A stretch of 55,444 nucleotides of DNA from Methanobacteriota archaeon (lineage in GTDB: Archaea > Thermoplasmatota > Poseidoniia > Poseidoniales > Poseidoniaceae): assembly GCA_009937205.1 (NCBI GenBank), contig JAACCR010000042.1, positions 1 through 55,444 of the forward strand. Direction: 5' to 3'. Positions 19,548 to 28,084 of this stretch are shown here, piece by piece. The notes under the pieces are model-generated. The model ran no database searches and was not told where the DNA came from. It saw nothing but the letters and a program-made list of their open reading frames with translations. Both the position numbers and the translations under genes were made by a program. The stretch's first letter is position 1, and every line of letters begins with the position of its first letter.

Positions 19548-19919
19548 ATGTCTGACGACCCAATAAATGCATTGCGCGGCACATCATTTTGCCCTGTTTG
19601 TGGTTGTATTGAGAAGTCTGGTAGCGTTCGATGTGCTGAATGTGGAACATTCCATTCTAGCGCCCATTTGGAGGAGAGAGAAGCACCGCCCCCTTCGCAA
19701 GAAGTGTCAACACAACTGGTAGATCCAGCTTCATATTCGTTAGCACCGGGGGCAGATCAGATCCCTGTGGAGTCGTTTGAAGAATCAGATTCTGTGACGA
19801 ACTGGGAAGGTGGTTCAACAGACTTCACTGTAGATGAAGAGGATGAAAGGCCAATGAGTAGAGTCGACCCTGATGAATTAGTCTTACCCGATCCAGAGGA
19901 ATTAACAAATATCAAGTAA
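19548..19919 (+). CDS. zinc-ribbon protein with acidic disordered tail
   Basis: ATG at 19548, 5 nt after the upstream stop. CPVCG...CAECG ribbon, with the remainder Pro/Glu/Asp-rich. Confidence 0.6.
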   Translation: MSDDPINALRGTSFCPVCGCIEKSGSVRCAECGTFHSSAHLEEREAPPPSQEVSTQLVDPASYSLAPGADQIPVESFEESDSVTNWEGGSTDFTVDEEDERPMSRVDPDELVLPDPEELTNIK

Positions 19920-20015
19920 TACTGATTTAACAGTATATGCTTTTTAAATAAGATTTACACTATACTACTTTTAAAAGTTAAAAGAAATGAAATCATAATC
20001 ATAGGATAAAAATAC

Positions 20016-20091
20016 TGGTGGGCTCGGAGAGAATTGAACTCTCGATCTTCGCCATGTCAAGGCGACGTCATAACCCCTAGACCACGAGCCC
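20016..20091 (-). tRNA. tRNA-Val (anticodon GAC), CCA encoded
   Basis: The reverse complement reads GGGCTCG-TG-GTCTAGGGGTTATGAC-G-TCGCC-TTGACAT-GGCGA-AGAT-CGAGAGTTCAATTCTCTC-CGAGCCC-A-CCA. The cloverleaf is complete and the anticodon loop is TTGACAT. Confidence 0.9.
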
Positions 20092-20116
20092 TAGGTAAAG
20101 TGAGCCACTTAGGCTC

Positions 20117-20125
20117 TATATTAAA
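20117..20125 (-). promoter_or_regulatory. TATA-box-like element upstream of tRNA-Val
   Basis: The minus strand reads TTTAATATA, centred about 30 nt upstream of the tRNA 5' end. This is consistent with archaeal TATA placement. Confidence 0.45.
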
Positions 20126-20148
20126 CGGATTCGGTATGCTATTTCCGA

Positions 20149-20301
20149 TTAGCTTACGATCTTAGAAATCTTACCAGTACAACCAGGTTGGGAGCAAAGA
20201 CCCCCCATTCTAGTTCTTCCATTAGACATTTTGAATAATTGACCATCTTTAATCGGTCCATATGTTTTACACTTCAAACAAAATCCTTCAACTACTGCCA
20301 T
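20149..20301 (-). CDS. 50-aa zinc-ribbon protein (DUF5679-like)
   Basis: Not in the supplied track because it is below the size cutoff. Hand translation: MAVVEGFCLKCKTYGPIKDGQLFKMSNGRTRMGGLCSQPGCTGKISKIVS*. The CxxC...CxxxxC layout matches small DUF5679 ribbons. Confidence 0.6.
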   Translation of the reverse strand: MAVVEGFCLKCKTYGPIKDGQLFKMSNGRTRMGGLCSQPGCTGKISKIVS

Positions 20302-20523
20302 CTCACTCAGTATGTTCCAAACATATCATTGACTTGAACCCTACTATTCGACATCCTTTTTGAGAATATCAGAATTTCCCTAATAACGCACCCTCTGAGG
20401 GGGGGATTAGAGGGGCATATTTACGATTCTTTGAATATTCTCTTCTCCTGGTATTTGCTAAAAGCACTACTGCGTACTATTTTTTACTCCTATAGTAGTT
20501 TTTCTACGCCACCAGATAAATCT

Positions 20524-20553
20524 AATGTCGTATAACTTACCTTATACGACATT
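20524..20553. repeat. perfect 12-bp inverted repeat (hairpin, 6-nt loop)
   Basis: aatgtcgtataa-cttacc-ttatacgacatt, lying 23 nt beyond the stop of the minus-strand gene 20576-20911. It may act as a terminator or processing hairpin. Confidence 0.6.
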
Positions 20554-20575
20554 ATACTACACGTTTTGAGAGTGA

Positions 20576-20911
20576 TTATTCTGATTGTTCAAGATTAAGT
20601 TGCAAATCTTCAGTTTCGATTGTAAATACACCCACTAGTGGAGGGCCGAGTAAGCAAGATTCTAATCCACCATCACGCGAATCAAGAGTTTCAATAATTG
20701 AATTTGAAATATTGATCCAGTCTTGCCTAGAGGCGAAAACACTCTGGACAAGAAGCAAAGGTTCACCATCACTAGATTTAGCATACCATGCTGCAAGACA
20801 ACCAGATTTTTGTCTTTTAAATTCTTGACGCGTATTGAGCATTCGTAGAAGTCTTGCGTCTTTGCCCTGAGCTGGTGAACAAACTACAGTTTCCATTATC
20901 GCTTCAACCAT
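20576..20911 (-). CDS. small ferredoxin-fold protein, possibly ABM/Dabb-like
   Basis: 111 aa. The LLLVQSVFASRQDW segment resembles the ABM-domain 'W.s.e' block. The assignment is weak. Confidence 0.3.
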   Translation of the reverse strand: MVEAIMETVVCSPAQGKDARLLRMLNTRQEFKRQKSGCLAAWYAKSSDGEPLLLVQSVFASRQDWINISNSIIETLDSRDGGLESCLLGPPLVGVFTIETEDLQLNLEQSE

Positions 20912-20994
20912 GATTTACACCTTATTATTTATTGTAGCAGTATAATATTATTTGTTTTTTAGAATCTATTTAATCACAATTCAGTGAGGTCGAA

Positions 20995-22275
20995 TTAATG
21001 GAAAATCAAATCACCTTCGATCATGGTGGCATGGAACGGTGAATCTCCAGGTTGTTGGCACCAAGCCTGCCACCATGGCCCATCTACGACATTCAAGTTT
21101 GCAACTGCACCTTCTTCAATAACTCCGTGTCGCGCACCCGATGGGTGCGGTGTTGTTTGGGCCGGATTTCGTGAGCAAGCCACTAGCGCTGCTAAAGGTG
21201 AAACTGCACAACGTTGTACGAGTATGGATGCGATAAAGGGCAAACTCAATGTTCGACAATTAGGATTAAAATCTGTTGCAACAGACCAAGTAAATTGTTG
21301 TTCAGTGATTTCGTTAAAATCAGGCCATTGCTCACCCATGGAGTATGGTGTTCCTGGCAAAAATCCACAATTGACACCATTCGCTTCCATTTTTATTCTA
21401 GCATCGGTGGAAGTGTAATGGGAATGATCTGCACTAGTTACTGCTAATTCAGCAGCTAAGTCTCCACCGCCGCCATCGGTAAACTCGTCAATATGCATTC
21501 TCAAATCGAGACCTCCTTGTTTAGATTGTTTTAGAATGTCTTCACTCTCTTCAATTGTGAACCATCCTGGCTCACAAAATACATCAGCAGAACGGGCAAG
21601 TCCTTGTTCTAATACAGCAGGCAATTGTTCACTCAATATTTCTTCTACGTAATCACTCCTCGAGTAACCCTTCGGAGTAGCATGTGCACCTAACCAAGTT
21701 TGATCAATACTAGGGAGGTGATTCATTCTAGAGAGTTCATTCGCTGCGGCGATTAACTTTAATTCCGATTCAGTTGATAATCCATATCCACTTTTCACTT
21801 CCAGGTGAGTTGACCCATTTCTAAAAGCCCCCCTCAAGCGCTTATAACCCAATTCTACCAATTCCGCTTGTGTTGAATTACGTGTTGCTTCAACAGTGGA
21901 AACTATACCTCCGCCCATTGAAGCGATATCGGAATAAGAATGTCCCTGCTGGCGCCACGATACTTCTCTAGAGCGGTCTCCTGACCACAATAAATGGGTA
22001 TGTGCATCTACTAGGCCTGGAATTATTGCCTTCCCATTCAATGAATAAATTTTATTTTCCAAGTTATCTGATTTAGAGTGGTGGATATTTTCACTACCAT
22101 ACTCATCTTCTAGAGATTTTGAATCATCAATTTTTACAATTATGCCGTCTTCTATAACAATTCCCTTTCCAGCAGGACTTGTCAATAACTCAGAATCAGA
22201 AATATCTGCACCCTTCAAAGAACCATTTCCAGAGAGGTGGGCCATCGGCCCAAGGTCCAACAATATGGTTCGCAT
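20995..22275 (-). CDS. hutI: imidazolonepropionase
   Basis: PGLVDAHTHL metal site and the GHSYSDIASMGGGIVSTVEATR block typical of HutI. Amidohydrolase fold length. Confidence 0.9.
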   Translation of the reverse strand: MRTILLDLGPMAHLSGNGSLKGADISDSELLTSPAGKGIVIEDGIIVKIDDSKSLEDEYGSENIHHSKSDNLENKIYSLNGKAIIPGLVDAHTHLLWSGDRSREVSWRQQGHSYSDIASMGGGIVSTVEATRNSTQAELVELGYKRLRGAFRNGSTHLEVKSGYGLSTESELKLIAAANELSRMNHLPSIDQTWLGAHATPKGYSRSDYVEEILSEQLPAVLEQGLARSADVFCEPGWFTIEESEDILKQSKQGGLDLRMHIDEFTDGGGGDLAAELAVTSADHSHYTSTDARIKMEANGVNCGFLPGTPYSMGEQWPDFNEITEQQFTWSVATDFNPNCRTLSLPFIASILVQRCAVSPLAALVACSRNPAQTTPHPSGARHGVIEEGAVANLNVVDGPWWQAWCQQPGDSPFHATMIEGDLIFH

Positions 22276-22333
22276 TGGTGGGGCTTATGCGTGAGGGTTG
22301 AAGAACCATAGCCATGAGCACTGTCTGAGCGCG

Positions 22334-23344
22334 ATGGATAAATGGACCCTTGGGATTGAGTCAACGGCTCACACACTATCATTTGGATTGACTGATCCTA
22401 GTGGCACTCCCTTTCCATCTTGCTCCGATACAGTTAGCCCAGACGAGGGGGGGATTCACCCACGTGAAGCAGCAGATCATCACAAGGAAGTTGCTTCGGT
22501 CCTACTTGGAAAATTACTTTTACAGAATGAACTAAGTATCACTGATATAGGTGCAGTAGCATATTCACAGGGCCCTGGTTTAGGACCCTGCTTAAGAGTA
22601 GGGGCTGCTATTGCGAGAGGCATTTCTAGCAGACTTGGAATCCCATTAATTGGAGTTAACCATTGTGTTGCGCATATTGAAATCGGTAGAGATCAATGCG
22701 GTTGTGTTGACCCAGTATTGCTATATGTTTCAGGGGGGAATACCCAAGTTATTGCAAGACTGGAGGGGCGATATCGCGTATTAGGTGAAACACTCGATAT
22801 TGGTATTGGCAATATGCTTGACAAATTCGCACGCACCCAAGGAATACCATTTCCGGGCGGACCAGTGATTGAGAAATTGGCCGCCCAATGGCTTGCTGAA
22901 AATCCAAACCCATCTATGGATGGTTTAGAATTGCCATATGCAGTTAGGGGAATGGATTTGGCCTTCTCCGGAGTCATGACAGCTGCTCAGAGATTACTTG
23001 ATTCGGGCAAATCTCTCGGTGCAGTATGTTGGTCGCTACAGGAGCATTCATTCTCTGCATGTGTAGAAGTAGCGGAACGCGCAATGGCTCATACTGGGAA
23101 ATCAGAACTGTTACTTGGGGGCGGGGTTGCATGTAACATGCGGCTACGTAAAATGTGTGAATTAATGGCCGAAGAGCGTGAATCTATTTCATTTGCACCT
23201 CCACGAATGTACTGTATTGACAACGGAACAATGATTGCAAAATTAGGATTTTTAGAATTACAAAATGGTAGAATTACGACATACGCTGAAAGTGCCATAG
23301 ACCAGTATTTACGAACTGACCAAACTCCAATTAGTTGGGGCTGA
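22334..23344 (+). CDS. kae1: tRNA N6-adenosine threonylcarbamoyltransferase Kae1
   Basis: ATG at 22334 (MDKWTLGIESTAHT). HCVAHIE and SGGNTQ motifs. There is no fused Bud32 domain. Confidence 0.9.
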   Translation: MDKWTLGIESTAHTLSFGLTDPSGTPFPSCSDTVSPDEGGIHPREAADHHKEVASVLLGKLLLQNELSITDIGAVAYSQGPGLGPCLRVGAAIARGISSRLGIPLIGVNHCVAHIEIGRDQCGCVDPVLLYVSGGNTQVIARLEGRYRVLGETLDIGIGNMLDKFARTQGIPFPGGPVIEKLAAQWLAENPNPSMDGLELPYAVRGMDLAFSGVMTAAQRLLDSGKSLGAVCWSLQEHSFSACVEVAERAMAHTGKSELLLGGGVACNMRLRKMCELMAEERESISFAPPRMYCIDNGTMIAKLGFLELQNGRITTYAESAIDQYLRTDQTPISWG

Positions 23345-23348
23345 GGGC

Positions 23349-23371
23349 ACGGTTGTAACGCTAACCGTTTT
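23349..23371 (+). terminator. hairpin + T-run after kae1
   Basis: acggtt-gtaacgct-aaccgt followed by tttt, 5 nt after the kae1 stop. Confidence 0.35.
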
Positions 23372-23394
23372 ATGGGGTCGGCTACGCCACATAC

Positions 23395-24258
23395 TTGGGG
23401 GAGACAACTATCGAGCGTAGAAAGAAGAAGGGCGACCCCGATAACCCATTTGCCCCGGATGCTGGTGCAGTGAGAAATCAGAAGCACAACCAACGCGTTC
23501 AAATCACTCGTACAACCGCTGCTAAAGCACCAAATAACACACCTCAAACAGGCAAAGACATTGGTCTGAGCGATCTAGAAAAGAAGCGTAAAGAAGCGCT
23601 TAGTCGGATGTCTGAAACTAAACCATCTCCTGTTACTAACGTGGAAGATACTGTGGCAACTCCTGCCGCTGGAATTTCAAACAGTAATCAAAAACAGCAA
23701 CCCTCTGAAAAGGTATCTTCAAGAGCAGATCGCCTTGCTGAGTTGCGTAAAAAATCTGCTGCTTCAAAATTAAATGCAGAGCAGCATAAGGTCGAAGAAG
23801 TTTCTGCGACCGAGGTAGTTGCTGAAGTAAAATTAGTTGAAGCTAAGGTTGAAATTGAAAGTTTTTCTGCAGTCACTGACACGGTTTCTAAACCCGCAGT
23901 ATCACAATTGAATGTTTTTAAAATCGTTGAGGAGACTCAAGTTAAAGCGACAAATGACCGTCGTAAAAAACGACGCCCACATGCTAAGAAAGGTGGTGGA
24001 CGACCAAAGCAAGAGAAGAGACTCAACCGGCAAAAATATTTGGAGTACAAATATGCTGCAAGAGATATTCTTGATGACCCTTCTGTGCCAGAAGAACATC
24101 GGTCTAACGTATTAGGTCAAGTTTGGGCAAAGGGAGAACGAATGTCTGTCGACGATTCTTATGAATTTATAGATAGCAAAATACTGGAAAATATCCTAAC
24201 TGAAGAAATCGGTAATAAATTGAGAACATTGGTTAGGAAATTTACAACTAGAAGGTGA
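23395..24258 (+). CDS. hypothetical basic/low-complexity protein with conserved-looking C-terminal domain
   Basis: The ORF opens with TTG at 23395 and the first in-frame ATG is at 23608. The N-terminal half is K/R/A/E-rich. It has an RRKKRRPHAKKGGGRPKQEKR patch and a structured-looking C-terminus (YLEYKYAARDILDD...VWAKGERMSVDDSYEFI). Confidence 0.4.
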   Translation: MGETTIERRKKKGDPDNPFAPDAGAVRNQKHNQRVQITRTTAAKAPNNTPQTGKDIGLSDLEKKRKEALSRMSETKPSPVTNVEDTVATPAAGISNSNQKQQPSEKVSSRADRLAELRKKSAASKLNAEQHKVEEVSATEVVAEVKLVEAKVEIESFSAVTDTVSKPAVSQLNVFKIVEETQVKATNDRRKKRRPHAKKGGGRPKQEKRLNRQKYLEYKYAARDILDDPSVPEEHRSNVLGQVWAKGERMSVDDSYEFIDSKILENILTEEIGNKLRTLVRKFTTRR

Positions 24259-24262
24259 TGAA

Positions 24263-24766
24263 ATGAGTGATTTAGCAGTAGGAAAAAATATGGTTGCAAG
24301 TGTACATTACACTGGTACAATGCCGGAAACAGGAGAAGTCTTTGATAGTAGTGAGGGCAAAGATCCTCTTACATTCCTTATAGGACATGGGCAAATGATT
24401 CCTGGTTTTGAAACAAATATCGAAGGTGCAAAAATAGGTGAGAAGAGAACCTTTACGCTAACTGCGGATGAAGCATACGGAGAGCGCGAAGACGCTGCAC
24501 TAATGAAGATTCCAAGAAGTGAATTCGCACAGTTGGAAGAAGGGGCTAAATTGGAAGTTGGAATGACACTTGTAGCAACTATGCAGCATGGTCCTGCACC
24601 ATTTAATATTACAGAATTAACGGATGACGAAGTAACTGCTGATTTCAACCACAAGTTAGCAGGAGAAGCTTTGACATTTGAAGTAGAAATCATAGAACTA
24701 CGTGATGCTAGTGTGGAAGAACTTTCACATGGCCATGTTCATGGACCTGGCGGACATCACCACTGA
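24263..24766 (+). CDS. slyD: FKBP-type peptidyl-prolyl isomerase SlyD-like with His-rich tail
   Basis: VHYTGTM...GEVFDSS...LIGHGQMIPGFE FKBP core, an IF-domain insert, and the C-terminal HGHVHGPGGHHH. Confidence 0.9.
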   Translation: MSDLAVGKNMVASVHYTGTMPETGEVFDSSEGKDPLTFLIGHGQMIPGFETNIEGAKIGEKRTFTLTADEAYGEREDAALMKIPRSEFAQLEEGAKLEVGMTLVATMQHGPAPFNITELTDDEVTADFNHKLAGEALTFEVEIIELRDASVEELSHGHVHGPGGHHH

Positions 24767-24826
24767 ACTGATTATTCAAACATTCTAAGTGGGAGTGTTG
24801 AAGAATCGTCTACACTTGGACACTAT

Positions 24827-26428
24827 ATGGTCGCGCCTCGCAAGGATGAGTGGAAAACCCTTGGCGGACTTGATATTCCCTTACAAAGCGATGAAAATAC
24901 ACTTTCTGAAGTTGGCTATGCGCGTTCCAATGTAGGTGATGCTGGAAGTAAGCCGTATACTCGCGGCATTCATGCCACAATGTATCGTTCCAGACTTTGG
25001 ACAATGCGCCAATATGCTGGTTTTTCTAGTGCTAAGGCTACAAATGAACGATTTAAACTATTATTAGAGCGAGGACAAAAAGGATTGTCAGTTGCTTTTG
25101 ATTTACCTACACAATTGGGACTTGATGCTGATGATGAATTGTCTTTGGGTGAGGTAGGGAAAGTTGGAGTCTCCATTTCATCTATTGACGACATGAGGCT
25201 ATTGCTAGATGGAATCCCACTAGATCAGGTAAGTACTTCGATGACAATTAATTCACCAGCGATCATTCTATTGGCGATGTATGTGGCAGTAGCAGAAGAG
25301 CAAGGTGTTTCAGCAGACAAAGTAATCGGTACAATTCAAAATGACATACTGAAAGAATATATTGCGCGAGGGACATATGTATTCCCACCAAAACAATCAA
25401 TGCGCTTAATCACTGATGTGTTTGAATATTGTGCAGAGAATATCCCGCTATGGAATACGATTTCCATTTCGGGCTACCATATTCGCGAAGCTGGTTCCAC
25501 TGCTGTTCAAGAGATAGCATTCACCCTAGCAAATGCATTAGCATATGTCGAGGCTGCGATTGATGTTGGTTTGGATATTGATACCTTTGCTCCAAGACTT
25601 TCTTTCTTTTTCAATTGCCATAATGACTTCTTTGAAGAAGCGAGTAAATTTAGAGCAGCAAGAAGATTGTGGCATGACCTAATTAGTCAGCGCTATCATC
25701 CTAAAAATCCTAAGTCAACTATGCTCAGATTCCACACACAAGTTGCTGGAGTTAGCCTAACAGCACAACAACCTCTGAACAATATTGCACGAGTTACAAT
25801 ACAAGCGTTAGCCGCAGTGTGTGGTGGAACTCAAAGCCTTCACACCAATTCGTATGATGAAGCATTGGGATTACCTACTGAAGAAAGTGCAACTGTAGCA
25901 CTTAGAACTCAACAAATAATTGCTGAAGAAAGTGGAGTTGCTGATATAGCAGATCCATTGGGTGGTTCATATCACGTTGAGGCTTTAACGGAACGCATTT
26001 ATCAAGAAGCGTTACTGCAAATCCAAGAGATTGAAAGATTAGGTGGTGCAATGGCTGCTATTGAACAAGGCTGGCAGCAGAGAGAAATTCATAATGCTGC
26101 GTTTAAGCACCTTTCTGATGTAGAATCTGGTGATAGAAAAATAGTCGGAGTTAATCATGGTATTATGGCTGAAGAAGATGATACTGAAGTCCTAAAATTA
26201 GATCCAACTGTTGGCGAAATGCAATGTAAGAGGTTGGGCGATTTGCGAGCCGATAGAGATGCGCAATTAGCCAAATCGTGCTTGGATGCAATAGGGCTTG
26301 CATCTGCTGGCTCAGACAATTTATTCCCTTTGATTTTGTCTGCTGTAAAGTCTGATTGTACTGTAGGTGAAATAATGAATGCGATGCGTTCTGAGTTCGG
26401 AGAATGGATGGCTCCGAGTGGATTTTGA
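24827..26428 (+). CDS. methylmalonyl-CoA mutase, catalytic (large) subunit
   Basis: YTRGIHATMYRSRLWTMRQYAGFSSAKATNERFKLLLERGQKGLSVAFDLPTQLG and downstream TIM-barrel blocks. No B12-binding domain is present. Confidence 0.95.
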   Translation: MVAPRKDEWKTLGGLDIPLQSDENTLSEVGYARSNVGDAGSKPYTRGIHATMYRSRLWTMRQYAGFSSAKATNERFKLLLERGQKGLSVAFDLPTQLGLDADDELSLGEVGKVGVSISSIDDMRLLLDGIPLDQVSTSMTINSPAIILLAMYVAVAEEQGVSADKVIGTIQNDILKEYIARGTYVFPPKQSMRLITDVFEYCAENIPLWNTISISGYHIREAGSTAVQEIAFTLANALAYVEAAIDVGLDIDTFAPRLSFFFNCHNDFFEEASKFRAARRLWHDLISQRYHPKNPKSTMLRFHTQVAGVSLTAQQPLNNIARVTIQALAAVCGGTQSLHTNSYDEALGLPTEESATVALRTQQIIAEESGVADIADPLGGSYHVEALTERIYQEALLQIQEIERLGGAMAAIEQGWQQREIHNAAFKHLSDVESGDRKIVGVNHGIMAEEDDTEVLKLDPTVGEMQCKRLGDLRADRDAQLAKSCLDAIGLASAGSDNLFPLILSAVKSDCTVGEIMNAMRSEFGEWMAPSGF

Positions 26429-26437
26429 GGTGATTGA

Positions 26438-26878
26438 ATGAGTTTCGGATCAATACATATAGACCACATAGGGATAGCAACTAGTGATTTAGAATCTGCG
26501 AGTCACTTCTGGAAACTACTCGGATTGATTCAAAGTTCAGATGATGAAACTGTAGAAGAGCAGGGTGTTACAACCAGGTTCTTCTCAACATCCCAACCAG
26601 ATGAGAGTGTTGAGCAACATCCACCGATGGTAGAATTGCTACAGCCAACTTCATCGGATACTCCGATTGGAAAGTTTTTAGCAAAACGCGGACCTGGCAT
26701 ACAACAATTGTGTTTCCGTGTTGAAAAATTACAAGAGTTAATTGACTATTTACTGGATAACGGAATTCAGATGATTGATGCCGAACCAAAACTCGGTGCA
26801 GGGGGCTCACAAATAGCATTTGTACACCCAAAGTCAACAGGTGGAGTTTTGGTGGAACTCAAACAAAGTAACCACTGA
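26438..26878 (+). CDS. mce: methylmalonyl-CoA epimerase (VOC family)
   Basis: IDHIGIATSDLE...HFW and HPKSTGGVLVEL blocks. Directly follows the mutase gene. Confidence 0.85.
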   Translation: MSFGSIHIDHIGIATSDLESASHFWKLLGLIQSSDDETVEEQGVTTRFFSTSQPDESVEQHPPMVELLQPTSSDTPIGKFLAKRGPGIQQLCFRVEKLQELIDYLLDNGIQMIDAEPKLGAGGSQIAFVHPKSTGGVLVELKQSNH

Positions 26879-26941
26879 GTCTTGCCTTTGCTGTAATTAT
26901 AATGGATAATATCTTAACCCTTCAGCATGGGCTAGGTTGTG

Positions 26942-27247
26942 ATGAGAACTTGCGTTGACCACCTTATAGCCTTACCACATATCGACGGTCCACGTGTTAG
27001 AAGAGAAGCAGAGTTCGTTTCCACTCAATTAGATAATCTTAGAGTAAATGGTAAGATTACCAATGATGCATTTCTTGATGCTGGGGCAATACAAGGTGCT
27101 TTCAACATGATTGGAAACTTAGTTGAGATGGGTATTTCGCAAAAAGAGATCCACCTACAACTAAGGCAACAATTGTCTCGAGCCTGCCGTTTGGAAGAGA
27201 AACACCCTGGATTAAATGCCGCTGTTGAATCTGGAAGAGCTAGTTGA
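26942..27247 (+). CDS. hypothetical 101-aa protein
   Basis: Open frame with coding-like composition upstream of the ABC genes. No recognisable motif. Confidence 0.35.
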   Translation: MRTCVDHLIALPHIDGPRVRREAEFVSTQLDNLRVNGKITNDAFLDAGAIQGAFNMIGNLVEMGISQKEIHLQLRQQLSRACRLEEKHPGLNAAVESGRAS

Positions 27248-27256
27248 GGGAGTTTA

Positions 27257-28084
27257 ATGTCTGAAACTTTACTCTCGATAAAGGGGGTTGCCAAGCATTT
27301 TGACGAGATAGAAGCTCTTAGTCACATAGATTTAGACATCCGTAGTGGCGAAGTAGTCGGACTTGTTGGAAGCAATGGTGCAGGAAAAACAACATTACTG
27401 AGATTAATGGCAGGAGTATATACACCGACAAATGGTAGTGTAACATTGAAAGATGGTTCTGATGTTTCTGAAATGAGACATCTGCTAGGTGTTGTTCCAG
27501 AATCTACTGGTTTGTATTCGCGTTTGACCGCATGGGAAAATATTCGCTATCATTCTAGATTATACGGGATCGATGATGAAACCTCTTGGAAGCGTACACA
27601 GTTATTCGCTAGCAGATTGGGAATGAGTGAAAGTCTAAGCCGCCATACTAAGGGTTTCAGTAGAGGGATGAAGCAAAAAACTGCACTTCTTAGAGCACTT
27701 GCTCATGGCCCAAGCATATTACTTCTCGATGAACCTACTGCTGGATTAGATATTACCAGCGCTAGGACTGTTAGAGCACTTGTAAAACAATTACGCGATG
27801 AGGGTGGCACTGTAGTATATTCAACTCACCAATTGGAAGAGGCGAGGCAAGTATGTGACCGCATAATCATAATTCACAATGGAGAGGTCAGAGCGGATGG
27901 TTCTCCACAACAGTTGATGGAGCAAACCGAACGAGATTCTTTGGAAGAGGCATATGTTTCACTGACCGCTGATCAAGCTAGGTCAAGAAACGAAGATGGA
28001 GATTCTGAAGGACGTATTACGGCTTGGTGGAGAAAGTTATTTACTCCCAAAACACCTGATTTGGAGGTGGATATTGATGGTTGA
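27257..28084 (+). CDS. ABC transporter ATP-binding protein (ABC-2/NatA-like)
   Basis: Walker A GSNGAGKTT, signature FSRGMKQK, Walker B LLLDEPT, H-loop YSTHQ. Confidence 0.9.
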   Translation: MSETLLSIKGVAKHFDEIEALSHIDLDIRSGEVVGLVGSNGAGKTTLLRLMAGVYTPTNGSVTLKDGSDVSEMRHLLGVVPESTGLYSRLTAWENIRYHSRLYGIDDETSWKRTQLFASRLGMSESLSRHTKGFSRGMKQKTALLRALAHGPSILLLDEPTAGLDITSARTVRALVKQLRDEGGTVVYSTHQLEEARQVCDRIIIIHNGEVRADGSPQQLMEQTERDSLEEAYVSLTADQARSRNEDGDSEGRITAWWRKLFTPKTPDLEVDIDG

